NCBI RefSeq assembly: GCF_006345805.1
Contig: NC_043011.1
Span: 47,504,464 to 47,568,463 of the forward strand
DNA length: 64,000 nt
Origin: Octopus sinensis
Taxonomy: Eukaryota
Reading direction: 5' to 3'
The notes below the pieces were generated by a model. That model had not been told where the DNA came from. It searched no databases and worked only from the letters and a program-made list of their open reading frames with translations. The position numbers were made by a program, and so were the translations under genes. Below, piece after piece: positions 1 to 12,656 of this stretch (position 1 is the stretch's first letter; each line of letters opens with the position of its first letter).

Positions 1-339
1 TGATTCTTTGGAAGAACAGAAAAAAAAAAAAGAAAAAAAAGCTAAATATAATTTACTACAAAGGTTACCTTTTTATTACCTTTTTTGCTGTTTTTTTTTA
101 TTACATCTAATGATGAAACCATTCAGTCTTATATCAAACAAACATCTATTAGGCTAGAACAGATTAGCAGATAATGATGTTAGCATTTACTGATCAGTCA
201 TTGATGCTAATGATGATGATGATAATGATGATGAAAGCAGTGGTGAAGATGATGATGACGACGACAATGATACCACGAGTTTTGTACTTTATGGATATTG
301 CAAATCCATTTCCCCAACAACAACAACAATAATGGATTT

Positions 340-549
340 CAAATTTTGGCACAAGGCCAGTAATTTCCAGAAAGGTAGTAAGTCAATTGAATTGACCCCC
401 AGTGCTCAAATGGTATTTATTTTATTGATCCCCAAAGGGTTGAAAAGCTAAGTAAACCTTGCCAGAATTTGAACACAGAATGTTAAAGACACAAAGTGCT
501 GCTAAGTATTTTGCCCATCGCGCTAACGCTTCTGTCAGCTCACCGTCTT
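340..549 (-). mobile_element. SINE family B copy (degenerate)
   Basis: Reverse complement gives the family B head (gacggtgagctgacagaagcgttagcg), a B-box-like gtgttcaaattc, and the core/tail shared with about 20 other copies in the window. Confidence 0.75.
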
Positions 550-598
550 AATAATAATAGTAATAATAATAATGATAATAATAATAATAATAATAATG

Positions 599-645
<47 letters not shown>

Positions 646-646
646 C
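550..646. repeat. (AAT)n microsatellite
   Basis: Direct reading; lies between two family B copies. Confidence 0.95.
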
Positions 647-647
647 T

Positions 648-1015
648 TTTCTAGTATAGGCTCAAGGCCTGTAATTCATGGGGAGGGGACTTGTCAATTA
701 CATTGACTCCAACAGAATGAAAGGCAAAGTCAACCTTGGCGGAATTTGAACTCGGAACGTTAACACAAACGAAATACCTATTTCTTTACTACCTACAAGG
801 GGCTAAACACATAGTGAGGACAAACAAGGACAGACAAACGGATTAAGTCGATTATATCGACCCCAGTGCATAACTGATACTTATTTAATCGACCCCCAAA
901 AGGATGAAAAGCAAAGTTGACTTTGGCGGAATGTGAACTCAGAATGCAATGGCAGATGGAATACCGCAAAGCATTTTGCCTGGCATGTTAATGATTCTGC
1001 CAGCTCACCACCTTA
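648..1015 (-). mobile_element. Dimeric SINE family B (full monomer plus 5'-truncated monomer)
   Basis: Two tandem copies of the ...gaaaggcaaagtc...ggcggaatttgaactc core, joined at gaaatacctatttctttact. Confidence 0.8.
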
Positions 1016-1694
1016 ATGATAAAAATAGATTTCTAATAAGGTCATACATTTTCAGAGTCAAAAGAACCAAGCCCAATTAGGGGAAGAAACACAGTAATCA
1101 TGACCCTTGTCTGGGGTCCCTATGCCTGGTGTGAGGAAGTTATTTTCAGATCAGGGATCTGGTCCTTATTTGTATAACAGAATGGACTTTAAGTGATAGA
1201 TTAAGTTTACATCCTGCAAACCAGGAACAGTCAGTTCTGCTAGTGGGTTCCAACAGATTTTGTCTGCAAAATTCTATTTCTATAGTCTGAGACTGAATTA
1301 GGAGACACTTGCCCGATGTGTTACAATATGAGATTAAACAGAAAACCATGTAGTTATGGAGCAAACTTCTTAACCATACAGCCATGCCGGCATCCATATT
1401 TTGTAAACCACCAAAGGGATGAAAGCCATGTGGACTTTCTGGTTGAAATATCACAGAAGAAGAATAAAGATGACACACTGAAAGGAGGATATTTAATGAG
1501 ATTGTTCACCGTTTCCTCCCAACCATTCTAGTAACCAATCACACCATTATTGCATCTAATATATTCACAGACATGGATGTTAATCAATTTGTTTTTACCA
1601 AATAAATGGTAAAAAAAAAAAGGAAATATAATTTAAAAAAAGAAATTTCCACTTAAATTTTTATTTTATCTGTAATTTCATTTGTTGTTGCCAT

Positions 1695-1837
1695 CATTAT
1701 TATTATTATTATTATTATTGTTGTTGTTATTATTATGATTATTATTATTGTTATTATTATTATTATTATCATTATTATTATTGTTGTTATTATTATTATT
1801 ATTATTATCATCATTATTATTGTTGTTATTATTGTTA

Positions 1838-1901
<64 letters not shown>

Positions 1902-1920
1902 CATTATTATTATTATTATT
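1695..1920. repeat. (ATT/GTT)n microsatellite
   Basis: Direct reading; source of the poly-I, poly-L and poly-N ORFs. Confidence 0.95.
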
Positions 1921-2059
1921 TCTGCGTTTCTTTACATTGTATAGGGAATAGTTCCTTTCATAACTTAGGAATCTCATGAAAGAGAGATATGGGATTCAGA
2001 TTAAAGTTATTGTTTTCAGAGAATTTATTCACATTTTAATATTAAAAGACAAAAAATGT

Positions 2060-2121
<62 letters not shown>

Positions 2122-2687
2122 TTAGAAGCATAGAGAGAGAACAATGTGCATACATAACAGCAGATAGCACTTTACTGTGGGAAATATTCACAAGAGAGAG
2201 AAAAAGAGATGAACTACAGTCTATTGCATAACTTAAAATGATTGCTTGCTTTATTTATTTCGTTGACTCTTTGAGAATTATAGATAAATAAGAAATGTAA
2301 TTGCTTCAAAACCTCAAAGCCCCTTGGTGGTAACAAACCATTAACTATATGCTTAGATTTATCATTTACTGAGAAATATTTTACTGCATTTTAGCTCTTA
2401 ACACATATGCCACATACATTCACCACTTTAAATAGCGGTGGTGGTGGTTGTGGTGGTGGTTGTGGTGGTGGTATAGTGAGAGTTGGTGAAATAGTACATA
2501 ATTGATAAGAAAGCATTGGTAGGTATGCAGTGCTAAGATCAAATTATCACACAGCAGTAACCCAGTGCTGGAACACTTGGCAAAGGCTCTTTGCTCTTAA
2601 TGGGTCATGGATGCAAACCATGTAATTGGTAGATGCTGGGAAACTGTGTAGTGATATTGTTAATGGAAATATTCTTACTGTGATAAA

Positions 2688-3058
2688 TGGGATAACTGTT
2701 TATTGTAAACGTTGTGTATAGAATAGCTATTTTATTGGGAATACTATATGTGAGATAACACCTTTATTGGGAATATTAGAAATGGGATAACACCTTTATT
2801 GGGAATATTAGAAATGGGATAACATTTTTTATTGGGAACATTGTGTATGAGATAAATGCTTCCATTGAAATTATGGAACGTTGGATAAATATTTTATTGT
2901 GAATGTCTATAAAATAGCTAATTCATTGGGAGTACCATGTGTGGGATAACACCTTTATTGGGAATATTAGAAATGGGATAACACTTTTTATTGGGAATAC
3001 TGTGTATGGGATAAATGTTTCCATTGAAATTACAGAATGTGGGATAACTGGTTTATAG
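2688..3058. repeat. ~32-bp minisatellite, consensus tgggataacacctttattgggaatattagaaa, about 11-12 diverged units
   Basis: Units visible by eye; exact unit copies start at 2783 and 2942. Confidence 0.85.
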
Positions 3059-3059
3059 T

Positions 3060-3592
3060 AGCTTACATTTCAGCTTATGTTAGAACATGTTTGAGTCCAT
3101 TAAATAGGATTTTACTACACCTCCATTTAGAGCACAGTTTAAGCTATCTTTTCTTGGAAGAAGGTTTATGTTCCTATAACCTGTGTTAATTCTGTAACCC
3201 TTTCAAATGGAAGATAAGAAAGTTCATTTTCGGCACTTGATGCTTTGGAAACCAGACAAAAATTGCTGCAGCTCGGCTGGGATGTGTTATCCCACTCTCC
3301 ATATTCACCAGATATTGCTCCTTTGGATTTCCACTTATTCAGGTCTCTGCAGAATAGTCTTAATGGTAAAAATTTCAATTCCTTGGATGCCGTAAAAAGA
3401 TATCTTGATGAATTCTTTGCCATGAAATCACCTCAATTCTGCGAAGAGGGTATTTTCAAGTTACAGGAAAGATGGAGACGCATTATGCAATAAAATGGTT
3501 CATATTTGGTTGATTAAAAATGTAATGGCAATTATTTTTTGACCTTTATCTTTCCTTTAAAAATTGGCATGTACTTTCCGAACAGCCCTATA
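3060..3592 (+). mobile_element. Internally deleted mariner (Tc1/mariner) element: transposase N-terminus fused to the C-terminal catalytic region, followed by a TIR-like end
   Basis: 3207 MEDKKVHFRHLMLW is a mariner-like N-terminus. In another frame from 3245: TRQKLLQLGWDVLSHSPYSPDIAPLDFHLFRSLQNSLNGKNF...IFKLQERWRRIMQ*NGSY, matching the mariner HPPYSPDLAPxDxHLF motif. TIR-like ...tactttccgaacagcccta-TA at ~3560-3592. Confidence 0.88.
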
Positions 3593-3720
3593 TTTCTATC
3601 AGGTTGTGCCACTACATAGAAACCCCTTTCTTATCTTAGACTCCCTCTGATAATGTGAGCCTATACAGCTATACAGTACAGTGAGATTTCCTATTTGGGC
3701 ATTGTATTTGTCTCTCTCCC

Positions 3721-3938
3721 TGTTTATTACTGTTTATTACTTGTTTCAGTCATTAGAATGTGGCCATGCTGGTGCACCAGATTCAAGAATTTTAGTCAAA
3801 TGAATTGATTCCATACTTTTAGTTTTAAAATCCTCTTACATATTCTATTGGTCTCTTTTGCCAAACTGCTAAGTTACGGAAATGTAAACATGACAACACC
3901 AGTTGTCAAGTGGTGGTGGGGGACAAAAACACTCACCG

Positions 3939-3995
<57 letters not shown>

Positions 3996-4162
3996 ACACA
4001 TACACACACAAACACACACACATACACACATTATGAGATGGGTTTCTTTCAGTTTCCATCTATCAAATACATTCCTAAAGCTTAGGTTGGCCCAAGGCTA
4101 TATAGCAAGCAACAATTGCCTAAGGTGCCACTCTATGGTACTTCTTACCATACAGCCATGTC
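3721..4162 (-). mobile_element. SINE family A (tRNA-derived, CORE-like), with internal (CA)n
   Basis: Tail ttacttgtttcagtcatt...ggccatgctgg, central gtttgtcccc-(TG)n and head ggctgtatggtaagaag on the minus strand. Confidence 0.85.
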
Positions 4163-4706
4163 TGTAGCTATATAGCTACACCTGAAACTGCCCCAGAACT
4201 ATCTTCCGACAGAGACTTTGACAATGCAAGCAACGAAATGGACAAAGCGTCAAATGGACAAATAGCAACAAAATGGCCAAATAGCAACAAAACCCCAAAT
4301 AGACAGGTAGTTAGAGTTGAAACCGGTAGGTATTCAGATTGGCCACAATGATGAATGTGTTCCTATTATGTTGAGGAGGGTAGAGTAACAGAAAGCTAAA
4401 ATGAAATAAGTAAAATTCACCATAGTTAAATGCTAAAAGCTTTAACAAAACTTGCACAAAACAAGGAAAGGCAACTTACTCAAAGTAGAACACTGATTAA
4501 ATCAACTAACATAATTTAGTAGAGTTCAAATCTAATTCTTGCTGTAGAATTGAATTTTCTTTGCCAAACTAACTTTTCTACAGTGTCAACAGTTCTATGT
4601 AATATCAACATTGGTTAAATGGTATTTCTTACAAATGAATTTTTTAGATAAGGTTTCAATTGACAAAGAAACCTGGTTCAATTCATTAATTTTTTTTTTT
4701 TTTTAG

Positions 4707-4913
4707 AATCGCACGATCTCGATATCCAAATAAGGAATTCAGACAAAAGGTGCCTATTCAAGCAGGACATACAACAAAATAAAATTTATATTATATTCCT
4801 GTTTTTGTTAAGTCTTATTCAAAAGAGCAGTCTGTCTGCTTTTCCAGATATCCACTTGGTCTTTTATGTTTCAATATTAACTAAATGTCAACTGCTGTAT
4901 CATTTGTCTTCAG
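4707..4913 (+). CDS. Candidate internal exon, product unrecognised
   Basis: T14-AG acceptor, CAG|GTAAGC donor, 207 nt, open in one frame (phase 1-1): SHDLDIQIRNSDKRCLFKQDIQQNKIYIIFLFLLSLIQKSSLSAFPDIHLVFYVSILTKCQLLYHLSS; no homology recognised. Confidence 0.3.
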
Positions 4914-4968
4914 GTAAGCTACAACTATAAACATGCACACAATCATATATACGAATACACACATACAC

Positions 4969-5007
<39 letters not shown>

Positions 5008-5277
5008 TTAATTCAAACATGAAAACACAAAGAGAATATATATATATACTTATTATATATATATATATATATACATATAATATATTTGCATACACACAAA
5101 CAAATGCACATGCATATAAATACTTATACATAAATATACAAATGCATATATATATTAACACACGTACACATCCTATATACTTTTGGATACATACATACAT
5201 ACATTATGGCTGCCCCCTCGTTATTGAGTATGGCCAGTGCACAAAGCTTAACTGTTACTGGTGCTGTGATCGAATGT

Positions 5278-5320
<43 letters not shown>

Positions 5321-5873
5321 GTTTGTGTGTGTGTTTGACTTTGTATATATATATATGTGCAATTATCACACCATACACTCTTAAAGGGAACACACATCAT
5401 GTAATATATTGTATATATAATATGCAGTACGTCAATGTACTTAAAACACTTTTGATCATAAGACCGTTCAGTCAGGCTTGACCTGCAGCTATGCAGCAAT
5501 AACAGCAACAGCAACATTTGCATTTAGTCAATGCAAGTCAATACTCTCACACCAAATGCAGCTGAAAGTTTATCATTAAAATATTCTGAAATAGTCTAAT
5601 TTCTTCCTTAATTACATTTTCAGTATTTATAAGTTTATAAGGACAGACAATTAGTAAAATGATGGTAGAATGCTGAAACCATCAGAAAAATAGACAAAAT
5701 ACCTTGTAACGTTTAGTTATAGTCCTTGATGCTCAGAGTTCAATATCTGGCAAAGTGAATTTTTAGTTTTAGCCACCTGGGTGCAATAAAAACAAGAACC
5801 AGTCAAGTAGTAAAACTATTCAATAGATCACATACATCTGTGTTCAAAATTCGTGGACTTGTGCTAATTCTTA

Positions 5874-6235
5874 TATTCTTTTATTTGTTTCAGTCATTTG
5901 ACTGCGGCCATGCTGGAGCACCGCTTTTAGTCGAGCAAATCGACCCCAGGACTTATTCTTTGTAAGCCTAGTACTTATTCTTATTCTATCGGGGACGTAA
6001 ACACACTACCATCGGTTGTCAAGCAATGCTGGGGTGGGGGGGACAAACACAGACACACAAACACACACATATATACACGATGGGCTTGTTTCAGATTCCG
6101 TCTACCAAATCCACTCACATGGCATTGGTCGGCCCGAAGCAGAAGACACTTGCCCAAGATGCCACGCAGTGGGACTGAACCTGGAACCATGTGGTTGGTA
6201 AGCAAGCTACTTACCACACAGACAGTCCTGCGCCT
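5874..6235 (-). mobile_element. SINE family A, internal deletion
   Basis: Matches the family A consensus; about 30 bp missing after tagtacttattc. Confidence 0.9.
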
Positions 6236-6280
6236 ATATGCAAAAAATCTCTACATATGTGTGTGTGCTTGGATTGTGAA

Positions 6281-6572
6281 GGCATATAGCTTAGTGGTTA
6301 AGGTATTCAGCTCATGATCATAACGTCATGAGTTCAATCCCCAGTAACGCTTTGTGTCCTTGAGCAAGACAATTAATCTCATGCTGTTGCATTCTACACA
6401 GCTGACAAAAGCCTTGTCCCATTATGTGTCATGCTGAATCTCCCCGAGAAGTATATTAAGAGTATGCACATTTTGTGCAGTGCTCAGCTACTTGCACATT
6501 AATTTCAAGGACAGGCTCTTCTGCAGATCGGTTCATCTGGAACAAGCGTTATCATAACCAATGGAGTGCCAG
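6281..6572 (+). mobile_element. SINE family C (tRNA-derived)
   Basis: A-box tagcttagtggttaag and B-box gagttcaatccc; body matches 25483-25802 and 29551-29870. Confidence 0.8.
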
Positions 6573-6764
6573 TTTTTATGCTTGAATTTAAGCACCTTAA
6601 CACTGGTGTACCTGCTACTAACTTTCTCATTCCTAACAGGCACGATTAGCAAAGTTAATCTGAGCAGGATTTGAACTCGTATCAAGAAAGTTTGATATTA
6701 ATAACTTTCAAAGTGACTTAATTCATGGCTCTTATATTTTGTGCCAAAATTTCAAACATTTCAG

Positions 6765-6886
6765 TAACATTTATGCTGTGAGGAAGAAGAGGAACCCGAC
6801 GTTTCAGGAAGCACCCTTCATCAACGAGAACTGCCTGAAGCTTTATACTTCTATTCTGCCTCACAGTATGAAGGTCATTCAACAGG
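6765..6886 (+). CDS. Candidate exon, product unrecognised
   Basis: tttcAG acceptor and AGG|GTAAGC donor, raised GC with CpGs retained, open frame NIYAVRKKRNPTFQEAPFINENCLKLYTSILPHSMKVIQQ; a second frame (EEEEEPDVSGSTLHQRELPEALYF...) is also mostly open. Confidence 0.3.
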
Positions 6887-6943
6887 GTAAGCATTGTTTG
6901 AAATCTATGACATTAGTTACTAACACATATAATGCTCTCTTAA

Positions 6944-7163
6944 CCCTTTCGTTACTGTATTTATTTTGAGATGCTCTGTGCTTCTTTCAATTACTTTAAA
7001 TATAACAAAGAATTTAGTAAAATAACTTAGTTATCATTAAATTAGTGTTAGGAACATAAATTGTGACTAAGGTTTGGTGGGAGATTTTAGTTCAAAACTT
7101 ATGAAAACAAGACATTTGTACTCAGAGCCAGAGCCAGTTTCAGCTGGGTTAGTAACGAAAGGT
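6944..7163. mobile_element. piggyBac-type MITE (family F)
   Basis: TTAA on both sides; TIR ccctttcgttac ... gtaacgaaagg(t); homologous to 49685-49904 and 49925-50144. Confidence 0.85.
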
Positions 7164-8300
7164 TTAATGTAGAACATTAGCTAGTTGCAGGTAATACCCA
7201 AGGCTAGGCTCAATGCAAATATCTGTATGCAGTTTTTGTGTATGTAGGGACCCCAGTGTATTGCTCTTAAGATGGTAGTACTAGATGCAGATGGCCACTG
7301 TCTTTCTCAGACTCCACTGTTTTACTGTGTTTCTGCTTTTTGCAATTCTATTCTGATACACATGGGTTTTTTCTTTTTAACTAAAAGCAAGAATATTTCT
7401 GAATAAGAGATATATAATATTTAAAGCATAAGCTAAATCTTAATGGAGTGAAGACAATTCTGACAGCTTGGAAACAAATACTCCAAAGAAATTAAAAGGG
7501 TTTTGACAAGTTGTGTGTAGTAACAATTCTATGTAATGGACGGTGTTAAAGACATATAGTTCACAGTTGAAGGAATACAGCGAAGAAAGTCAGAGTTTAC
7601 AGACGAGTGAGGTTTTGTTAAGAAAGTCTTAGCAGGAGTATAGTTGAGTGATTTAAGAGTTCAATGTTGAGCAAATGTAGCTGAGAGAATCATCCCAAAT
7701 ATATTATGTTTCTTTATTAGCTACACGGGGCTGAACATGGAGGGGACAATTTATAAAGTAGAGCTTTTCTTTTTGGGGGAGAAAAAAAAGTGGGGGGTAG
7801 GTTTTCGATCAAAAGGGATCTTAAAAAAACGATCACTAGGGATTGGATATCACAGAAATGTCATGATGTAAAGTGTAAAGGGGGAAACAGATAAGGTTTA
7901 TCCATGGAAAGAAAAGCCTACGGAAAAGACCACATTAACCTTGGTCAATAATGTCACATGTTAACACATTTATTTGCAAGTAACTCTCTGTTTTATTAGT
8001 TATTTACATAGTTCCTGAAATGCTTAACATGACTTTATCATTTTTATCAATGGCATATGTTGGATAGTATTGTTATTTAACCTAAGTTCAGTTATGCTTA
8101 ATTTGCTTTATGATCACAGACATTTGAGTCATGAATAGCCATGTTTTTTATTAAGGTATGATATATCCAAATTACATTGCTCAATATACCCTTCTTTTTT
8201 AAAAAAAACATTAGTAATCTGTGATTTGAGACAGATTTGGTTGGTACTTCAAGCAAGTCAGGCAAGTACATCTTCCTTGGTCTGGTCCTGATACAACTAC

Positions 8301-8698
8301 CTTTTGCTCTTTACCCTCTTTTACTTGTTTCAGTCATGTGACTGTGGTCATGCTGGAGCACCGCCTTTAGTTGAGCAAATCGACCCCAAGACTTATTCTT
8401 TGTAAGCCTAGTACTTATTCTATCAGTCTCTTTTGCCAAACCACTAAGTTACGGGGACATAAACACACCAGCATCGGTTGTCAAGTGATGTTGGGAGGAA
8501 CAAACATAGACACAAACATATATATATATATATACGATGGGCTTCTTTCAGTTTCTGTCTACCAAATCCACTCACAAGGCTTTGGTTAGCGCGAGGCTAT
8601 AGTAGAAGACACTTGTCCAAGGTGCCATGCAGTGGGACTGAACCCAGAGCCATGTGGTTGGTAAGCAAGCTACTTACTACACAGCCACTCCTACGCCT
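8301..8698 (-). mobile_element. SINE family A
   Basis: Full-length match to the family A consensus. Confidence 0.9.
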
Positions 8699-8879
8699 GC
8701 TGTTAACATAGTTGCTGTTATTTCCTTGTAGTACATATCCCTAAAAAAAGGAACCACCTCTTCTGCCTCACAGTCATTGATATCTCTAAGGCAGTTGCAT
8801 ACTTTCACACTAATTACTCTCCACATTTCAACCAAGAAACACCATTCATGTGATAAACTCTACTTGAGTCAGCTTTTGA

Positions 8880-9050
8880 AGATCTGCATCATGCTGTGAT
8901 CTTTGAAAGGGAATGCTGGGCTACAAGAAATTCAGAAAAACCACTGCTTTAAATTAAAGACTGAAATGGATTTTAAGGGTCTTGTAATGCTAGGATATAT
9001 CCACTGAAGTGTGAGAACGAAGAAATGATTTTTCAAGTCATTGAAATAAA
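8880..9050 (+). mobile_element. Decayed RTE-like LINE reverse-transcriptase C-terminal fragment
   Basis: Frameshifted translation HAVIFERECWATRN...KTEM...VR(N)EEM resembles the RTE motif series LYGxExW...EMxxLR...RNEE; has stops and shifts. Confidence 0.35.
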
Positions 9051-10715
9051 AATGAAATTATGAAAATCCTTGTTTTAGTTATTTATTTAGTTTGTTATTT
9101 ATGCCTGCCTCCCACCCCACTACCTTTGAACAAACCCATTCAGCCTTACATCAGACAAACTTTATGTAAACTATTGCAAATTGGCTTGTAATTCTGTTAG
9201 GAATTTCCTAGCATTTAACATTACATCTTTTTTTTCCTTTGACATCCTCTGCTAATAGAAGTAAAACAGAATTTGTTCATTATAGTTCCATCAAGCAGAC
9301 TGGTAACACATTTTTGTCTTTTATATAAATGTTTCATTAAAACAAAATAGAAAGGAAAAAAAAAAAAATCCTATTAGTATAAAACAAATTCAACAAAAAC
9401 AAAATGAAAAAAATCCATCACCCCAATTCTCCACAAAAGAAAGAAACAAAAGAAAAAGAAGAGTTTGAGTCTACATAATCTTTATAAAACTACTAACATA
9501 ATGGTTTAGTTCAAAGATTCCAAGCAGCAAAAATATTTTTCAGTCTTAATTTACTCAAACAAACAGCAGATTAAAAGTAAATATTTCAATCATGCAGACT
9601 TGATGTAATGAATTTGTTTCAAGTTTCATCAATACATATTAAAACTGTTGACTTATTTTTTATATTTTAGATATATTTGCATTTATTTTTCTTAAATAGG
9701 TTTCTTTCTCTCAGCATTTTTTTTCTTGTCTTTTTAATATTTCCTGCTCAAATTCTAACTATTGATCAACTGTATAATTTTAATTTGTTACTCACCATAA
9801 GGTTTTTTTTTTTTCTTCAAGTTTGGGTGAGTTTGAGAAGTAACAAAAAAAAAAATACCCTTCACCAGAATGTTAGCAAAAACAAAAATAGAACTTTTTA
9901 AAAACTTTTCTGATAGCTTTCCTGTTTTTTTAATTATATTTTTCACCTTTACTACAGCCATTGATATATTTTATATATATATATTTTTTCTCTTGATACA
10001 AGAATACTAATAAAGTTTAAATTTATTACGTTGGGGAAAAAATAAAATTGATACTTGAAAAGAAAAATATTCTTGTTAGATTGTTTTCTTCTGAGATACA
10101 CTGAAGCTGAGGTGCGGTAAATTGACGAGTATTTAACGATATATTTATTACTTTAAACAGAAAGGAAAATATAGTGGAAACCATAAGAAATGAAGATGTG
10201 TGTGGCAAACTTATACATTTATAGCTATCGACAAATAATATCATTCAAAATTGCATGAACGCTACATAAATGTCTTCATGACATTATTTCTGCTGCTATT
10301 TTTAATCTTTATTTTACAAACTATGCAATATTCAGCAAAGACATGACTGTGTAGTTCAGAAATTTGCTTCACAACTATGTGTGGTTTCAAGTTCATTCCC
10401 ACTGTGCAACATTTTGGCTAAAGTTCTATCATAGCTTCAGGTTGATAAATACTTTGTGAGTGGAGACTATAAGTGAAAAACCATATAGAATTTCTTCCCT
10501 ATTCTTAGGTGACAAACTGAAGCTGTCACCTAGTTCAATGACTATCTCAACTTTGAGTGCCTTTGGCAGGATCCACTGTTTCAGCTTTTATGGTAGGTCT
10601 CTAATCAAAGCACAACTTCCTCCTTTTCGCCCATTAGTATTGAAGGCCCTTGGAATGGCTCATGGATAATGTGCTACAACTCTTTAACCTCATTAAGCCA
10701 CTCTCTCTGCATGCA

Positions 10716-10751
<36 letters not shown>

Positions 10752-10896
10752 TACACATGTTCTTAAACAAGAATATTATTGACAGTAAACTGTCAATAAC
10801 CTTTTTTAAGAATAATAAATTTGTTCTCTACAAAAGTATAGACTAATACATCAGATTAATGTACAATTGTTTTTATTATAACTGAACATAAACGCA

Positions 10897-10932
<36 letters not shown>

Positions 10933-10994
10933 ATATATAAACAATATATATATATATATATATATATAAACAATATATATTATATATATATATG

Positions 10995-11071
10995 GGGGGG
11001 GAGAATTCACGAAAAAACAAAAGATGAAGACAGGTGGTGTAGAAAACGAAAAGATGTTTGTTTTCCATAAC

Positions 11072-11075
<4 letters not shown>
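10995..11075. mobile_element. Fragment of a (TA)n-embedded repeat, same family as 59688-59865
   Basis: ggagaattcacgaaaaaacaaaagatgaagacaggtggtgtagaaaac matches 59690-59745. Confidence 0.6.
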
Positions 11076-11115
<40 letters not shown>

Positions 11116-12221
11116 TATATATCTTGTAAACTCACAATCTTTCTCAAATCTCAGGATGTCTAGCCTGCCTGCTGTACCCAGGCTTCACACCAAATGTATT
11201 TAATTCAATGATTTTTGATGCCTCTGTCATATTTTTTATTTCCTTTCAGTATATTACTTGATGACATATATGAATCAATGATTTAACAAATATTTCCATT
11301 TCAGTCTTTTTGATTCTAATTTCCATCTCGACTCACCTCTTAGTAAAAATCTATTTGTTTTAAAGTTTAACTCATCACAACATTTAAAACCAAGCTTTCA
11401 ATCAGAATTTTATGGAAAGAAATTTTTTAAAGATTAGTTCCAAATATTAATTTAAATGGAAAAGTTAGTTATTTTACTAAATATATTCAAATTTACTATT
11501 CTTCAATGAATTATCTAGCTGAGCTATGTAAAGGATGCAGTTCTTGAAAAATATAAAAGAAGGGTTAAGGATAGAAATAAATGCTTCCTGAAGAAGAATT
11601 AGCAGTTGGCTAAAGCCTATTAAAAATATTTGACACAGTGGTACAAATTTAAAAGAAAATATATCTGATACAACGTGAATTAAATTAAATCACGTAAGCT
11701 TGGACAAAGATATTGCTTTTACACAGAAACAAAAAGATAGTTAAATTTTTGTTGGGGGATTTTCTTAGCAGAATTCTATAAATTTTGCCAAATTATATCA
11801 CATTGTATAAAATTAAGCACAAATGACAGACAGCATTGTTGGCATGTCTAGCAAAATTCATGTATGATTAAGGCACACTCACACACACATGTATATATAC
11901 TATTTAAATTTGCTAAATTCATTAAGTTCTCTTTTAATTTGTTCCTAACATTACAATGCACATAATACCATTTACAAATATTCCATATATATATGTGTGC
12001 ATCAGTTGTTAGTTGTCAGAGCACTGCATCCTTCAAAACTTCCATGCTTCCTGAGATTCACCAACACTACACCTGATTTTCTCCCCTCCATACACACGCA
12101 AGCATGTATCTGACTCATACACTGTTCATTTTCCAAACATTTGTGCATTACTGCATATGCTTTATATGCACTTTTGACAAGTTGTGCACCTGAGCACTGT
12201 ATACAATAATTTCATTATTAT

Positions 12222-12313
12222 TGGCACGTAAAAAGCGCCCACTACACTCGTGGAGTGGTTGGCGTTAGGAAGGGCATCCAGCCGTAGAAACAGTGCCAGA
12301 TCAGACTGGGCCT
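12222..12313 (+). mobile_element. Family E fragment (RTE-type 3' end or SINE tail)
   Basis: ggcacgtaaaaagcgcccactacactcgtggagtggttggcgttaggaagggcatccagc matches 49190-49275. Confidence 0.8.
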
Positions 12314-12656
12314 ATGAACACATTGTTTAAATAATCACTAAATTTAACAGTGTGTATACACACACATGCACACTCATATACACACATAATGCATCCAATA
12401 CTCTCTGTAATGTGAATGGTAATAATAAAAGCAACAAACCATGGGAACCATACAAAATTTAATAAGATTTGCATCAGCCAAGGTCCACAATCTCTTTTTG
12501 TGAGAACTACAACTTCAGATAAGAAACAGCTTGAACTATGACGACCCTTCTATCTCATTCCAGTGTAGAAAGTGCTAAACTATTTCTCCAGCTCTATCTC
12601 TATATATACTGAATTCCAACACTGGATTATTAGAAGCGCTAGGCCTCAGCAATATA

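Noticed and set aside
1146-1531. 110-aa and 71-aa overlapping ORFs
   Set aside because: They overlap a degenerate family A head (minus strand, ~1300-1390) and have no recognisable domain
1653-1977. Poly-I, poly-N and poly-L ORFs (also 18094-18340, 62788-63220 and the many IY/HT/CV-repeat ORFs)
   Set aside because: They are translations of (ATT)n, (TA)n and (CA)n microsatellites, which lack stops in some frames
2688-3058. CRISPR-like interpretation of the 32-bp repeats (and of the 63-bp repeats at 49037)
   Set aside because: The units are contiguous with no unique spacers, there are no cas genes, and the context is eukaryotic
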